DNA of 56,645 nucleotides from an uncultured Gammaproteobacteria bacterium (GCA_964351665.1 CAYGPO010000005.1:1-56645), one strand, 5' to 3'. Positions 1-11,412 are shown, counted from the first letter of the stretch. Numbers and translations are program-made. The notes: generated by a model from the letters alone, not told the origin.

Positions 1-140
1 GAACCAGCCAGCAACAGCAATCCAGCTATCAATAACCCTAACCACATTCTCACTAAACCGTTCCCTTATCCAATGGTCACGCTTAGGGTCTCTGGGATCT
101 ACCCGGGGTCCTAGGGCCCGATGCCCGTAGTCGTATCAGA

Positions 141-656
141 ATGAAACCTGGCGAGTTATCGGTTGATGGCTACAATATCCCCATGAATGAGCAATCCAAT
201 ACCTCTACCCAGGCATGGTTCGAGACCTACCTGCATCGCGAACTACCCATTTCCCGCGCCATGCAGGTGGTGGTCACTGAAGTGAGCGAACACCAGGTAA
301 GGCTGAGCGCGCCGCTGGATCCCAATCGAAACGATAAACAGACTGGCTTCGGCGGCAGCCTGGCCAGTTTGCTGTTTATGGCCGGCTGGGGCTGGCTTTT
401 TAACACCCTGAAACGACTGCAGATCGAGGCCGATGTGGTGGTCATGGATAGCGCTATCAGCTATCGACGTCCAACCACCGGGGAGCTGCAGGCGTCCTGC
501 CAGGCGCCCGCCAACGCCGAGCTGGAAAAATTTCTTCAGCGATTGAACCAACGAGGGGTTGCCAGGCTAGGGCTGAAAAGCTGGATTGGGCATCAGGATG
601 ACCCCAACGTTATGATGGAAGGCCGATTTGTGGCCAAAATGGAGCGCAAGCTGTGA
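141..656 (+). CDS. putative hotdog-fold thioesterase (YiiD C-terminal-like domain protein)
   Basis: 171-aa ORF whose size and sequence resemble stand-alone YiiD_C-type thioesterase domain proteins. The stop overlaps the next gene's GTG (GTGA). There is no clear SD, and ATG 183 is an alternative start. Confidence 0.5.
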   Translation: MKPGELSVDGYNIPMNEQSNTSTQAWFETYLHRELPISRAMQVVVTEVSEHQVRLSAPLDPNRNDKQTGFGGSLASLLFMAGWGWLFNTLKRLQIEADVVVMDSAISYRRPTTGELQASCQAPANAELEKFLQRLNQRGVARLGLKSWIGHQDDPNVMMEGRFVAKMERKL

Positions 657-1087
657 CCCGTTTGAATCTACTGGCCAAGATATCGTTCCTGGGCGCTCTG
701 CTGGCACTTGGCCTGCTGCCCGGCTGCGCCACAGACTCCAGAGCCCAGACCCTGGATGATGCCCTGGAAACCTATCGCAAAACCATCCGCTGGGACGCGC
801 CGCGCACGGCGGCCCAGTTCCTGCACCCAGACCACCGACCCGGCGAACGACAGCTGGGTTTTCTAATCAGCCGATTGGAACAGTTCAAAGTCAGCGGCTA
901 TCAGGCCTCGGCACCTGGCAGCTTCGATGCCGCCGGCCAGTATGTGCAAACCGTGGAGATCAATCTTGCCAATCGCCATACCGCGGTGGAAAAAGTACTG
1001 GTGGATCGACAAACCTGGCAATGGGATGAAGTCCGAGAACGCTGGTGGTTGACCTCAGGACTGCCGGACCCGGCACTGGCCCGATAA
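653..1087 (+). CDS. putative lipoprotein of unknown function
   Basis: 144-aa ORF with a GTG start overlapping the upstream stop. It has an N-terminal hydrophobic signal peptide ending in the lipobox-like LLPGC. No family recognised. Confidence 0.5.
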   Translation: MTRLNLLAKISFLGALLALGLLPGCATDSRAQTLDDALETYRKTIRWDAPRTAAQFLHPDHRPGERQLGFLISRLEQFKVSGYQASAPGSFDAAGQYVQTVEINLANRHTAVEKVLVDRQTWQWDEVRERWWLTSGLPDPALAR

Positions 1088-1162
1088 GCCGGCCCAGCGC
1101 TGCGGAGGCAGCGCGATGGCCTGGGGGGCCTGGCGATAGTAGTCATCGCCCCCTGACTCTCA

Positions 1163-1195
1163 GGCCACTTCCTGGCCACTTGCTGGCCACGCTCC
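1163..1195. repeat. three tandem imperfect 11-mers (ggccacttcct / ggccacttgct / ggccacgctcc)
   Basis: Read directly from the intergenic sequence between the lipoprotein gene and the groEL 3' end. Confidence 0.6.
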
Positions 1196-1208
1196 GGCTA
1201 TATCAGGC

Positions 1209-1238
1209 AAAAAAAAGCCCCGGCGAACCGGGGCTTTT
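1209..1238. terminator. bidirectional rho-independent terminator (groEL 3' end / lipoprotein gene 3' end)
   Basis: A8 run (1209-1216), then stem gccccgg (1217-1223), loop cgaa, stem ccggggc (1228-1234), then TTTT. On the minus strand this reads as a GC stem followed by T8, directly after the groEL stop. Confidence 0.8.
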
Positions 1239-1261
1239 CCGTATCAGCGTTGGGCGCCGAA

Positions 1262-2956
<1,695 letters not shown>

Positions 2957-2960
2957 TTAA

Positions 2961-3251
2961 TCAGCCTTCGATAACGGCCATGATGTCGTCTTCACGCATC
3001 ACCAGCAGCTCTTCGCCATCAACTTTGACTTCAGTGCCGGAATATTTTCCGAACAGCACTTTGTCACCTGACTTCAGATCCAGCGGGCGAACTTCGCCGT
3101 TTTCCAGGATCTTGCCGTTACCGACAGCCAGGATTTCGCCCTTGATGGGCTTTTCCGTAGCGTTGTCAGGAATAACTATGCCGCCGGGAGAGGTACGTTC
3201 CTCTTCCATGCGTCTGACGATCACTCGATCATGCAGCGGACGGATGTTCAT
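2961..3251 (-). CDS. groES: co-chaperonin GroES (Hsp10)
   Basis: 96 aa starting [12 protein letters not shown]... Canonical GroES, lying 55 nt upstream of groEL. Confidence 0.98.
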   Translation of the reverse strand: MNIRPLHDRVIVRRMEEERTSPGGIVIPDNATEKPIKGEILAVGNGKILENGEVRPLDLKSGDKVLFGKYSGTEVKVDGEELLVMREDDIMAVIEG

Positions 3252-3350
3252 GAATGGTTTTCCTCCATTTGGGTTTATCGACCAATATTTAGTGCCATCA
3301 CAACGGCAGATTTTCTGACGTTGCAGGGACCAGGAAAGCGTAAACTCGCG

Positions 3351-3377
3351 TTAGCACTCTCCACTCGGGAGTGCTAA
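3351..3377 (-). promoter_or_regulatory. CIRCE operator (HrcA binding site) in the groESL leader
   Basis: ttagcactc-N9-gagtgctaa is a perfect match to the CIRCE consensus TTAGCACTC-N9-GAGTGCTAA. It lies 100 nt upstream of the groES ATG. Confidence 0.9.
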
Positions 3378-3403
3378 ATGGAGGCTGGCCAGTCCAATTC
3401 AAG
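3376..3403 (-). promoter_or_regulatory. sigma32-type heat-shock promoter of groESL
   Basis: The minus strand reads CTTGAAT-N13-CTCCATTT (consensus CTTGAAA-N13/14-CCCCATNT). The -10 element abuts and overlaps the CIRCE by 2 nt. Confidence 0.6.
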
Positions 3404-3462
3404 GGCTTTGGTCAAAAAAACCCTGCAGAAATCCATCAAAGGCCAGTGATACCATCGCCAAC

Positions 3463-3792
3463 ATGATTTCACAGCCTGATCCAACCTTGATTGTTGCCCT
3501 ATGCAGCTGCCCGGCCCCGGATGCCGAACCGCTGGCCAGCGCTTTGGTCAAGCAGCGTCTGGCGGCCTGTGTAAAGGTGGTGGGGCCGGTTCAGTCCACC
3601 TATCGCTGGCAGGGCGAGGTGCAGCGAGCTGACGAACACCTGCTGATAATTAAAACCCTCGCCAGCCAATGGAACGCTCTGCAGCAATGGCTGTCCGATC
3701 ACCATCCCTATGAGGTGCCGGAACTGATTGCGCTTCCAGCGGAAAGCGTCAGCAGCGGCTATCTTAACTACGTTGTTGAATCGGTCGCGTAA
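3463..3792 (+). CDS. cutA: divalent-cation tolerance protein CutA
   Basis: 109 aa with typical CutA1 sequence (RLAACV...YRWQG...E..L.IKT...HPYEVPE). It sits immediately upstream of dsbD, as in many gammaproteobacteria. Confidence 0.9.
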   Translation: MISQPDPTLIVALCSCPAPDAEPLASALVKQRLAACVKVVGPVQSTYRWQGEVQRADEHLLIIKTLASQWNALQQWLSDHHPYEVPELIALPAESVSSGYLNYVVESVA

Positions 3793-3818
3793 GCGCCTTA
3801 CGGTTTAGCCGGTCGTTA

Positions 3819-6092
3819 ATGCTCATGATGCAAAAAACCTTTCCCCAAATAACGGCCTCGCTTGCAGCGGTGCTGACACTTCTGGTTGTGGCCATCTGGC
3901 CATCGGCCGGCCTGGCGGTGGATGAAGGTGACCTGCTGCCGGTGGACCAGGCCTTCGCGGCAACGGCGGAATTTGTCGGCCCCGATGAGCTGCGGGTGCG
4001 ATGGACCATCGCTGAGGGTTACTACCTTTATAAGAGCCGACTGGGCTTTTCCAGCACTAGCGCGGGGGTTGAGCTGGGGCAACCCATCCTGCCCAAAGGC
4101 AAAGAAAAGGATGACGAGTTTTTTGGGCTGCAGGAAACCTATCGCGGAACCATCGAAGTCTTTTTGCCCATTTCCGCCCCACCAGGCCAGCCCGTTGACT
4201 TGCAACTGCGGTCCCAGGGCTGTGCCGATCTCGGCGTCTGTTACCCCCCACATCGCAGCGAATTATCGGTCATCGCGCCAGCTGCCCAAGATTTGGGGTT
4301 AGCGCTGGGTAGCGGCAACAACAGCAGCGGCAGCTTGTTTGGCAACAGCGCTCAGCCCGCCTTCAGCAATGACGCGGCCCTGCCAGTGGACCAGGCCTTC
4401 ATCTTTGAGACCATTGCGATTTCTGCCGACGGGCTGCTGGCGCGCTGGACCATCGCGCCGGGCTACTACCTTTACAGAGATCAAATCAGCCTGAAAATTG
4501 AGGCTTCTCAGCTGGCAACCCTGGCCGGGGTTGAGCTGCCCAGCGGCCAATCCAAGTTCGATGAACACTTTGGCGACACCTACGTCTACTACGACCAGGT
4601 GGAAGTACCCATGGCCCTGGTCCGGCAGCAGGCCGCCGCCGGCGTGCTCAAGGTCAGCGCCAGCTACCAGGGCTGTAAAGAGGCCGGCATCTGCTACCCA
4701 CCGGTGACCCGGGTGCTGGCGGTTGCCCTGCCCCAGTTCTCAGGAGTGCTGGCGGCGGAGAGCGCGGTTGCCCCTGGGGTTGACGCCATCGTGCCGGAAC
4801 AGGACCGGCTGGCGGCGGCGCTTAGCTCGGACAAGCTGCTGACCCTCATCACCTTTTTTGGCTTTGGCTTGCTGTTGTCATTTACCCCCTGCGTGTTTCC
4901 AATGATCCCCATCTTGTCGGGCATCATTGCCGGCCAGGGTGACAGCATCACCACCCGGCGGGCCTTCACCCTGTCGCTGATTTACGTTCTGGCCATGGCG
5001 TTGACCTATACCGCGGCGGGGGTGGTGGCGGGTTTGTTTGGTGAAAACCTGCAGGCCTGGTTCCAGAAGTCCTGGGTACTGGTGACCTTTGCCAGCTTAT
5101 TTGTGCTGCTATCGCTGTCGATGTTCGGTTTTTATGAGCTGAATCTGCCTAATTCGGTGCAGACCCGTCTGAACCGGGTCAGCAACCAACAGCAAGGCGG
5201 CACGATGCTGGGTACCGCCATCATGGGCGTGCTGTCAGCCCTGATCGTGGGCCCCTGCGTGGCCCCGCCGCTGGCCGCGGCGTTGATTTACATCGGCCAG
5301 ACCGGTGACGCCGTGCTGGGCGGACTGGCGCTGTTTTTCCTGGCATTGGGAATGGGCGTGCCGCTGCTGATCATCGGCACTTCAGCGGGCAAGCTGCTGC
5401 CCCACGCTGGCCCCTGGATGAACGCCATCAAAGCCGTGTTTGGCGTCGCCCTGCTGGCCCTGGCCATCTGGATGCTGGAACGGGTGCTGGCACCGGGCTG
5501 GATCATGCTGGCATGGGGCGCTCTGGCCATCGCCAGTGCGGTCTACCTGGGCGCGTTCGAGCGCCTGAAGGAAGGCGCCAGTGGCTGGTCCAGGCTGTGG
5601 AAATCTCTGGGCCTGCTGCTGGCGCTGGCCGGCAGTATGGAACTGATCGGCGCCGCCGCGGGCGGCCAGGACTGGATGCAGCCACTGAAAGGGGTATTTG
5701 GCGGCGGCGGTAACGCCACGACCGCCGCCAACACCTCGTTTCAGAAAATTAAATCCCTGGACGATTTGAACGACCAATTGGCTGCCAGCGGCAAGCCCGT
5801 GATGCTGGACTTTTATGCCGACTGGTGTGTGGACTGCAAGCGGATGGACAAATATACCTTCCCCATCCCGGAGGTCAGCACCGCCCTGTCTACGGGTATT
5901 GCGCTGAAAGCTGACGTCACCGCCAATGACAGCCTGGATCAGGAATTAATGAAAGCCTTCAACATTATCGGCCCCCCGGCAATTTTGTTCTTTGATGCCA
6001 AGGGCCAGGAATTGGCCCAGTATCGCGTCGTGGGCTACCAGCGCCCGGGGGTCTTCGCCCAGCATGTCCGCCGCGCCTTCGACACGCCCTGA
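3819..6092 (+). CDS. dsbD: thiol:disulfide interchange protein DsbD with duplicated N-terminal (alpha) domain
   Basis: 757 aa. Order of parts: signal peptide, two nDsbD-like domains (GCADLGVCYPP and GCKEAGICYPP), a multi-TM core with CVFPMIP and GPCVAPP motifs, and a C-terminal thioredoxin domain (WCVDC). Confidence 0.93.
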   Translation: MLMMQKTFPQITASLAAVLTLLVVAIWPSAGLAVDEGDLLPVDQAFAATAEFVGPDELRVRWTIAEGYYLYKSRLGFSSTSAGVELGQPILPKGKEKDDEFFGLQETYRGTIEVFLPISAPPGQPVDLQLRSQGCADLGVCYPPHRSELSVIAPAAQDLGLALGSGNNSSGSLFGNSAQPAFSNDAALPVDQAFIFETIAISADGLLARWTIAPGYYLYRDQISLKIEASQLATLAGVELPSGQSKFDEHFGDTYVYYDQVEVPMALVRQQAAAGVLKVSASYQGCKEAGICYPPVTRVLAVALPQFSGVLAAESAVAPGVDAIVPEQDRLAAALSSDKLLTLITFFGFGLLLSFTPCVFPMIPILSGIIAGQGDSITTRRAFTLSLIYVLAMALTYTAAGVVAGLFGENLQAWFQKSWVLVTFASLFVLLSLSMFGFYELNLPNSVQTRLNRVSNQQQGGTMLGTAIMGVLSALIVGPCVAPPLAAALIYIGQTGDAVLGGLALFFLALGMGVPLLIIGTSAGKLLPHAGPWMNAIKAVFGVALLALAIWMLERVLAPGWIMLAWGALAIASAVYLGAFERLKEGASGWSRLWKSLGLLLALAGSMELIGAAAGGQDWMQPLKGVFGGGGNATTAANTSFQKIKSLDDLNDQLAASGKPVMLDFYADWCVDCKRMDKYTFPIPEVSTALSTGIALKADVTANDSLDQELMKAFNIIGPPAILFFDAKGQELAQYRVVGYQRPGVFAQHVRRAFDTP

Positions 6093-6103
6093 ATTAACCT
6101 GGA

Positions 6104-6682
6104 ATGACATCAGCGATGACCCGACTGCAGACCACACTGTTAATCATTACCGTTTCCATGCTGGCGGCCGCCGGCGGTTTCGGTCTGCAGCAATGGCTGG
6201 CAGATCCACCACCGAAGGCCACCACCCCACTCAACCCCCAGTCCATCATCGGCCAGCCCCTGGCCAGTTTCTCCTTCATCTCCCTGGCCGGCGAGCCTCT
6301 GCAGCGGCAGCAGTTTGCTGGCCGACCTCTGGTCATCAACCTGTGGGCAACCTGGTGCGGCCCCTGCCGCAAGGAAATGCCAGATCTTGACCGGCTGGCG
6401 GCGGAGCTCAGTGACGACGGGGTGGCGGTGTTAGGCATTGCTCTGGATCAACCGGCCAAAGTGGCGGAATTTCTAGCCGAGACCCCAGTCTCATATCCCA
6501 TCGCCATCACCGAGACAGCCCAGGGTATGGCCTTTGCTCGAGCCCTGGGTAATCGCAACGGGGTACTGCCCTACACGGTACTGGTGGACGCCAGCGGCGT
6601 TATCCGGCAGGTCAATGTGGGGCTGATAGAACTGGCCGAACTACGCCTCCAGGTAAGTCGGCTCACGGGCAAAGTGGGCTGA
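6104..6682 (+). CDS. TlpA/ResA-family periplasmic thioredoxin-like protein
   Basis: 192 aa with an N-terminal TM/signal anchor and a WATWCGPC active site. It is adjacent to dsbD. Confidence 0.85.
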   Translation: MTSAMTRLQTTLLIITVSMLAAAGGFGLQQWLADPPPKATTPLNPQSIIGQPLASFSFISLAGEPLQRQQFAGRPLVINLWATWCGPCRKEMPDLDRLAAELSDDGVAVLGIALDQPAKVAEFLAETPVSYPIAITETAQGMAFARALGNRNGVLPYTVLVDASGVIRQVNVGLIELAELRLQVSRLTGKVG

Positions 6683-6883
6683 TTTTTGCGATTTTCCTGA
6701 GTGGGCCTATAAATAAATAAGGCAACCTCAACGAGGGTCTCACCAGGCTTGATTCGGTGAAAAAAATAGCGGCGATATCGTCGCGATCTTTCGTTAAAAC
6801 CTGAAAAAATCCGTGAAACTGGACAGCAAGCGCCAGCTTAGGCAAACTCCCGCGATGGGTTATTACTGCGTAGCCAAAGGCCG

Positions 6884-7345
6884 ATGACGACGGTTCTGGT
6901 CATGAACGGGCCAAACCTTGACCGACTGGGCACCAGGGAGCCGGAAATCTACGGACGGCAGACCCTGGTGGAAATCAATCGGCGCCTGGATGAACTGGCC
7001 GCCGAGCTGTCATTAACCCTGCAACACTTTCAAAGCAACGCTGAGCATGAGCTCATTGCCAGAGTCCATCAGGCCACCGATGACGGCCTTCAGTGGGCCC
7101 TGCTCAATCCAGCCGCCTTCACCCACACCAGCGTAGCCCTGCGCGATGCGTTCAGCGCCAGCGGGCTGAGCTTTGTTGAGATCCATTTGTCCAATCCGGA
7201 CACCAGAGAGCCTTTCCGTCAAACCAATTTTTTCAGTGGCCTGGCTGCCGGCCGGATATGCGGCCTTGGGTCACTGGGTTACGAACTGGGCCTGCGGGCT
7301 ATCGCCGCCAAACTTGCGGCAACCGCTGCCAATCCTGTTGACTGA
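6884..7345 (+). CDS. aroQ: type II 3-dehydroquinate dehydratase
   Basis: 153 aa with VLVMNGPNLDRLGTREPEIYG near the N-terminus and HLSN.. motifs. The aroQ-accB-accC order is conserved. Confidence 0.95.
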   Translation: MTTVLVMNGPNLDRLGTREPEIYGRQTLVEINRRLDELAAELSLTLQHFQSNAEHELIARVHQATDDGLQWALLNPAAFTHTSVALRDAFSASGLSFVEIHLSNPDTREPFRQTNFFSGLAAGRICGLGSLGYELGLRAIAAKLAATAANPVD

Positions 7346-7362
7346 TTTTTGAGGGGAACATC

Positions 7363-7824
7363 GTGGACATCAGAAAAATAAAGAAACTTGTAGAGCTGCT
7401 GGAAGAATCTGATCTGGCAGAGATAGAGATATCGGAAAACGACGAATCGGTCAGGCTCAGCCGGATGCCCCGAAACATGCCTGTACCGATGTACGCGGCG
7501 CCCCAAGCGCCGATGGCGCCCGCAGCCGCCCCCAGCCCGGAAGCGGCAGCGTCCAGCCCGGCCACTGCGGAGCCGACGCCAGAACCTGAGGGCCACGTCA
7601 TTCGCTCGCCCATGGTGGGCACCTACTACGGCTCACCCAACCCCGAATCGGATCAATTTGTACGCCTCGGTCAGGAAATCCGCGAAGGCGACGTGGTCTG
7701 CATTGTTGAAGCCATGAAAATGTTCAACCAGATAGAGGCAGACGTGGCAGGCAAAGTGGTGTCGATTCTGGTAGAGACCGGCCAACCCGTTGAATATGAC
7801 CAGCCGCTGATGATTGTCCGCTAA
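7363..7824 (+). CDS. accB: acetyl-CoA carboxylase biotin carboxyl carrier protein
   Basis: 153 aa. GTG start preceded by a gagggg SD. Starts [16 protein letters not shown], has a Pro/Ala linker and the EAMKM biotinylation motif. Confidence 0.95.
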   Translation: MDIRKIKKLVELLEESDLAEIEISENDESVRLSRMPRNMPVPMYAAPQAPMAPAAAPSPEAAASSPATAEPTPEPEGHVIRSPMVGTYYGSPNPESDQFVRLGQEIREGDVVCIVEAMKMFNQIEADVAGKVVSILVETGQPVEYDQPLMIVR

Positions 7825-9179
7825 TGATTGAAAAAATTCTGATCGCCAACCGTGGTGAAATCGCCCTACGAATCCTGCGCGCCTGTAACGCCCTGGGGAT
7901 AAAAACCGTCGCCGCCCACTCAACGGTGGACCGCAATCTAAAGCACGTTGCAATGGCTGATGAGTCAGTCTGCATCGGCGCGGCGCCGCCGGCGGAAAGC
8001 TACCTGAACATACCGGCGTTAATTGCCGCAGCTGAGGTCACCGATGCCTCTGCTATCCACCCCGGCTATGGTTTTCTGTCAGAGAACGCCGACTTTGCCG
8101 AACGGGTTGAAGAAAGCGGGTTCATTTTCATCGGCCCAACCTCGGACACCATCCGCCTGATGGGGGATAAAGTTGCCGCCATCAGAACCATGCGGGAAGT
8201 CGGCGTGCCCTGCGTACCAGGCTCCGACGGCCCGCTGGGCAATGACCGTGAGAAAAATCAGACCATCGCTAGAAACATTGGTTATCCCATCATCATTAAA
8301 GCAGCTGGCGGCGGTGGCGGTCGGGGCATGCGGGTGGTGCACCAGGAAGCGGCTCTGCATAACTCCATTGCCATGACCCAATCAGAGGCGCGGGCTGCCT
8401 TTGGTAACGAAGTGGTCTACATGGAGAAATTCCTCACAAACCCCCGGCATATCGAGATTCAGGTGCTGTGCGACCAACACGGCAACGCGGTTCACCTGGG
8501 CGAGCGGGACTGCTCAATGCAGCGACGCCACCAGAAGGTGGTAGAAGAGGCTCCGGCACCGGGCATTACCCTTGAGCAGCGACAACAAATTGGTAAAGTC
8601 TGTGTCGATGCCTGCAAGCGCATGCACTACCGCGGTGTGGGAACCTTCGAATTTCTCTACGACGACGGTGAATTTTACTTCATCGAAATGAACACCCGTA
8701 TTCAGGTGGAGCATCCGGTCACCGAGCGGGTCACCGGCATTGACCTTATCAGCCAACAGATTCGGGTAGCTGCTGGTGAGAAACTGCGCTTTACCCAGGA
8801 TCAGATCACCTGGCGCGGCCACGCTGTGGAGTGCCGAATCAATGCTGAGGACCCAGTCAACTTCATGCCAAGCCCAGGACTGGTTGAACAGTTTCATCCA
8901 CCCGGCGGACCTGGCATACGCGTGGATTCACACCTGTATGACAACTATCGGGTGCCACCCAACTACGACTCCATGATCGGCAAATTAATCTCCTATGGTG
9001 AAGACCGGGATATCGCCATTGCGCGGATGCGCGGGGCGTTGGCGGAAACCCTGATCACCGGGGTTAACACCAATATTCCGCTGCTGCAGAGAATCATGGC
9101 GGACAAAGGCTTTCAGACCGGTGGTTGCAACATTCACTACCTGGAAAAACGGCTGGCGGAAACCCGCGAGGGTAGCTGA
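7824..9179 (+). CDS. accC: acetyl-CoA carboxylase biotin carboxylase subunit
   Basis: 451 aa starting [24 protein letters not shown]-grasp motifs are present. The start overlaps the accB stop (TAATG). Confidence 0.98.
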   Translation: MIEKILIANRGEIALRILRACNALGIKTVAAHSTVDRNLKHVAMADESVCIGAAPPAESYLNIPALIAAAEVTDASAIHPGYGFLSENADFAERVEESGFIFIGPTSDTIRLMGDKVAAIRTMREVGVPCVPGSDGPLGNDREKNQTIARNIGYPIIIKAAGGGGGRGMRVVHQEAALHNSIAMTQSEARAAFGNEVVYMEKFLTNPRHIEIQVLCDQHGNAVHLGERDCSMQRRHQKVVEEAPAPGITLEQRQQIGKVCVDACKRMHYRGVGTFEFLYDDGEFYFIEMNTRIQVEHPVTERVTGIDLISQQIRVAAGEKLRFTQDQITWRGHAVECRINAEDPVNFMPSPGLVEQFHPPGGPGIRVDSHLYDNYRVPPNYDSMIGKLISYGEDRDIAIARMRGALAETLITGVNTNIPLLQRIMADKGFQTGGCNIHYLEKRLAETREGS

Positions 9180-10060
9180 TGAGGTGGCAGGAAATCTCGG
9201 TGACGGTCAGCCAGCAGCGGGCCGACGCCGTCGAGGCGCTGATGATCCAAGCTGGGGCTATGGCCGTTACCCTGATTCCTGGCAACAACGCCGACCCGGT
9301 GCTAGAACCCGCCGCGGAAACCACGCCGCTGTGGACCACCCTGATTGCCCGCGGGCTATTCCCCGCTGAGCGCAGCATCCATGATTTACGCTCGGCCATC
9401 AGTGGCGAGCTGGTTAAATCCGAATTGCACAGTCTGAACATCCAGGGCCTGGCCGATCAGCCCTGGGAGCGTGCCTGGCTGGAACACTTTAAACCCGTAC
9501 GTTTTGGCAACCAGCAGAACCTGTGTATTTGCCCCTGGCATCACCAGCCTGTGCCAGTCGGTGAGGTGCTGTTCATGGACCCGGGACTGGCCTTCGGTAC
9601 CGGCAGTCATGCCACCACAGCCCTGTGCCTGCATTACCTGGCCGACACCGATTTACAAGGTTTGTCCGTGCTGGATCTGGGATGCGGCTCCGGGGTACTG
9701 GCTTTGGCCGCTGCGCTGCGCGGCGCCGGCCCGGTCACGGCGGTGGACAACGACCCCCAGGCCTGCATTGCAAGCCGAGAAAATGCCCGCCGAAACGACC
9801 TTGCCATCAGGGTCGAAAGCACCTTAGATGGCCTCAGCGGCTCATTTGATCTGATTGTTGCGAACATCCTGTCAGGCATCTTGATCGACTTTGCACCGCA
9901 ATTGCTGGCGCTGACCAAGGCCGGTACCCGATTGATGTTATCGGGCATCCTGGAAGCTCAGGCTGACGCGGTAATACAGTCCTACAGCCCCGCCTATGGG
10001 CCTTTTGACATCCGCGTAGACGACGGCTGGGTTGGTCTAAGCGCGGTTGCTGGCCAGTGA
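9179..10060 (+). CDS. prmA: ribosomal protein L11 methyltransferase
   Basis: 293 aa with a typical PrmA layout and the SAM-binding motif VLDLGCGSGVLA. There is a 1-nt overlap with the accC stop. Confidence 0.93.
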   Translation: MRWQEISVTVSQQRADAVEALMIQAGAMAVTLIPGNNADPVLEPAAETTPLWTTLIARGLFPAERSIHDLRSAISGELVKSELHSLNIQGLADQPWERAWLEHFKPVRFGNQQNLCICPWHHQPVPVGEVLFMDPGLAFGTGSHATTALCLHYLADTDLQGLSVLDLGCGSGVLALAAALRGAGPVTAVDNDPQACIASRENARRNDLAIRVESTLDGLSGSFDLIVANILSGILIDFAPQLLALTKAGTRLMLSGILEAQADAVIQSYSPAYGPFDIRVDDGWVGLSAVAGQ

Positions 10061-10061
10061 C

Positions 10062-11177
10062 ATGTATACCCAATGCCCAGAGTGCGCAACGGTCTTTCCC
10101 CTTAGTGCTGATGCGCTGTCCATCTCCGCCGGCAATGTTCGTTGTGGCTCCTGTGGCCAGGTGTTTTTCGCTGTGCAGTCTCTGTCAGATTCTCTGGACG
10201 AAGATGGCCAGATTCCCACCTGCTTCCACAGCGATCATCCACCAACCCTGAACGACCCCAATTCTGAAGCGCCGCCCATCGATGACCTGTTCTGGCCCAG
10301 CGCGGCGGAGCTGCCTATAGCCCAGCCCACCACGGCAATGGGCCAGGCAACGGATAGACCAGTAGGTGATGAACTCCTGCCAGCCGGGTCGCCTCCAACC
10401 CAGCAGGCAGGGGTCAGTGACGATGAGCTGGAAAGGCAGTTTGACCAACTGATTGCCGGACCCGACGATCCCGGACCGCCGGATATCGACGAGCTGTCGG
10501 ATATCGACATCGGCGACATCAACGATGGTCCAGCGCTGGAAATCGAATCCTTGCTTGACGCACCCATTCCTGAGGAATTGGTGGCAGCGGCAAACAACGT
10601 TGATGAAAAAACCGCCAAGAGCCTGGATGGGGACAATACAGATCCGTCCACCGACGCTCCGATTTCCGGCGTCGCCTTCGAACTGGCTGCTGAGCGGGCC
10701 GCTCGCAGCCGCAGCCGATCCAGCAGATTGTGGGGTCTGTGGTGCGCTATCGCTGGACTGACCCTGGTTGGTCAGTGGTTTGCCAGAGAACACGATCAGA
10801 TGGCCCGCAACGCCAGCTTAGAACCCTGGGTGGCCAGGGTCTGCCAGGTCTTTGGCTGCCGCATTGAGCTGCCCATCGAACTGGACAAGATCCAGCTGGT
10901 GAGTCGCAGTATCGAGCCACATCCCTCGGTGGAGGGCGCGCTGCTGATCAGCGCCACCTTGCAAAACCAGGCTGAGTTCCCCCAGCCACATCCAGTGGTA
11001 GAAATTGCCATGGCAGATCTGTCAGGCCGGGCGGTGGCCATGCGCCGCTTTCTGCCGGCCGAGTATCTGGAAAACACCGACCCCCAGGGTATGATTCCTG
11101 GCCACCTGCTGCCGCTGGTGTTTGAAGTGATTGATCCGGGCAGCAACGCCGTAGCCTTTGAGTTCGAATTTCGTTAG
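10062..11177 (+). CDS. zinc-ribbon (MJ0042-type) / DUF3426 domain protein
   Basis: MYTQCPECATVF...VRCGSCGQVF zinc ribbon, an acidic low-complexity middle, one TM helix and a DUF3426-like C-terminus. I chose ATG 10062 rather than the track's TTG 10047. Confidence 0.75.
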   Translation: MYTQCPECATVFPLSADALSISAGNVRCGSCGQVFFAVQSLSDSLDEDGQIPTCFHSDHPPTLNDPNSEAPPIDDLFWPSAAELPIAQPTTAMGQATDRPVGDELLPAGSPPTQQAGVSDDELERQFDQLIAGPDDPGPPDIDELSDIDIGDINDGPALEIESLLDAPIPEELVAAANNVDEKTAKSLDGDNTDPSTDAPISGVAFELAAERAARSRSRSSRLWGLWCAIAGLTLVGQWFAREHDQMARNASLEPWVARVCQVFGCRIELPIELDKIQLVSRSIEPHPSVEGALLISATLQNQAEFPQPHPVVEIAMADLSGRAVAMRRFLPAEYLENTDPQGMIPGHLLPLVFEVIDPGSNAVAFEFEFR

Positions 11178-11181
11178 CCCA

Positions 11182-11219
11182 CTCCCGACTTGGCGGATTA
11201 CTCCCCACTTAGCGGATTA
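11182..11219. repeat. tandem 19-mer x2 (ctcccgacttggcggatta / ctccccacttagcggatta)
   Basis: Read directly. The two copies match at 17/19 positions. They lie just after the DUF3426 stop, ~195 nt upstream of fis. Confidence 0.7.
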
Positions 11220-11412
11220 AGGTCTGGCAATCACTGAAGAAACCAATCCAAGCAACGGTAGTAGATAGCAAAAATTTATAACTACTGTACAAAGTCGCAT
11301 CTGGAAAATTGGCCAGCGGAGCGTATGATTGGTCCCGCAGGATAAGCACTCATCCGACGTTCGTCGGCGTAAGAAAAAGGGGTTAGGAGGGAGCGGCCAT
11401 TTTTGTGGCTGA

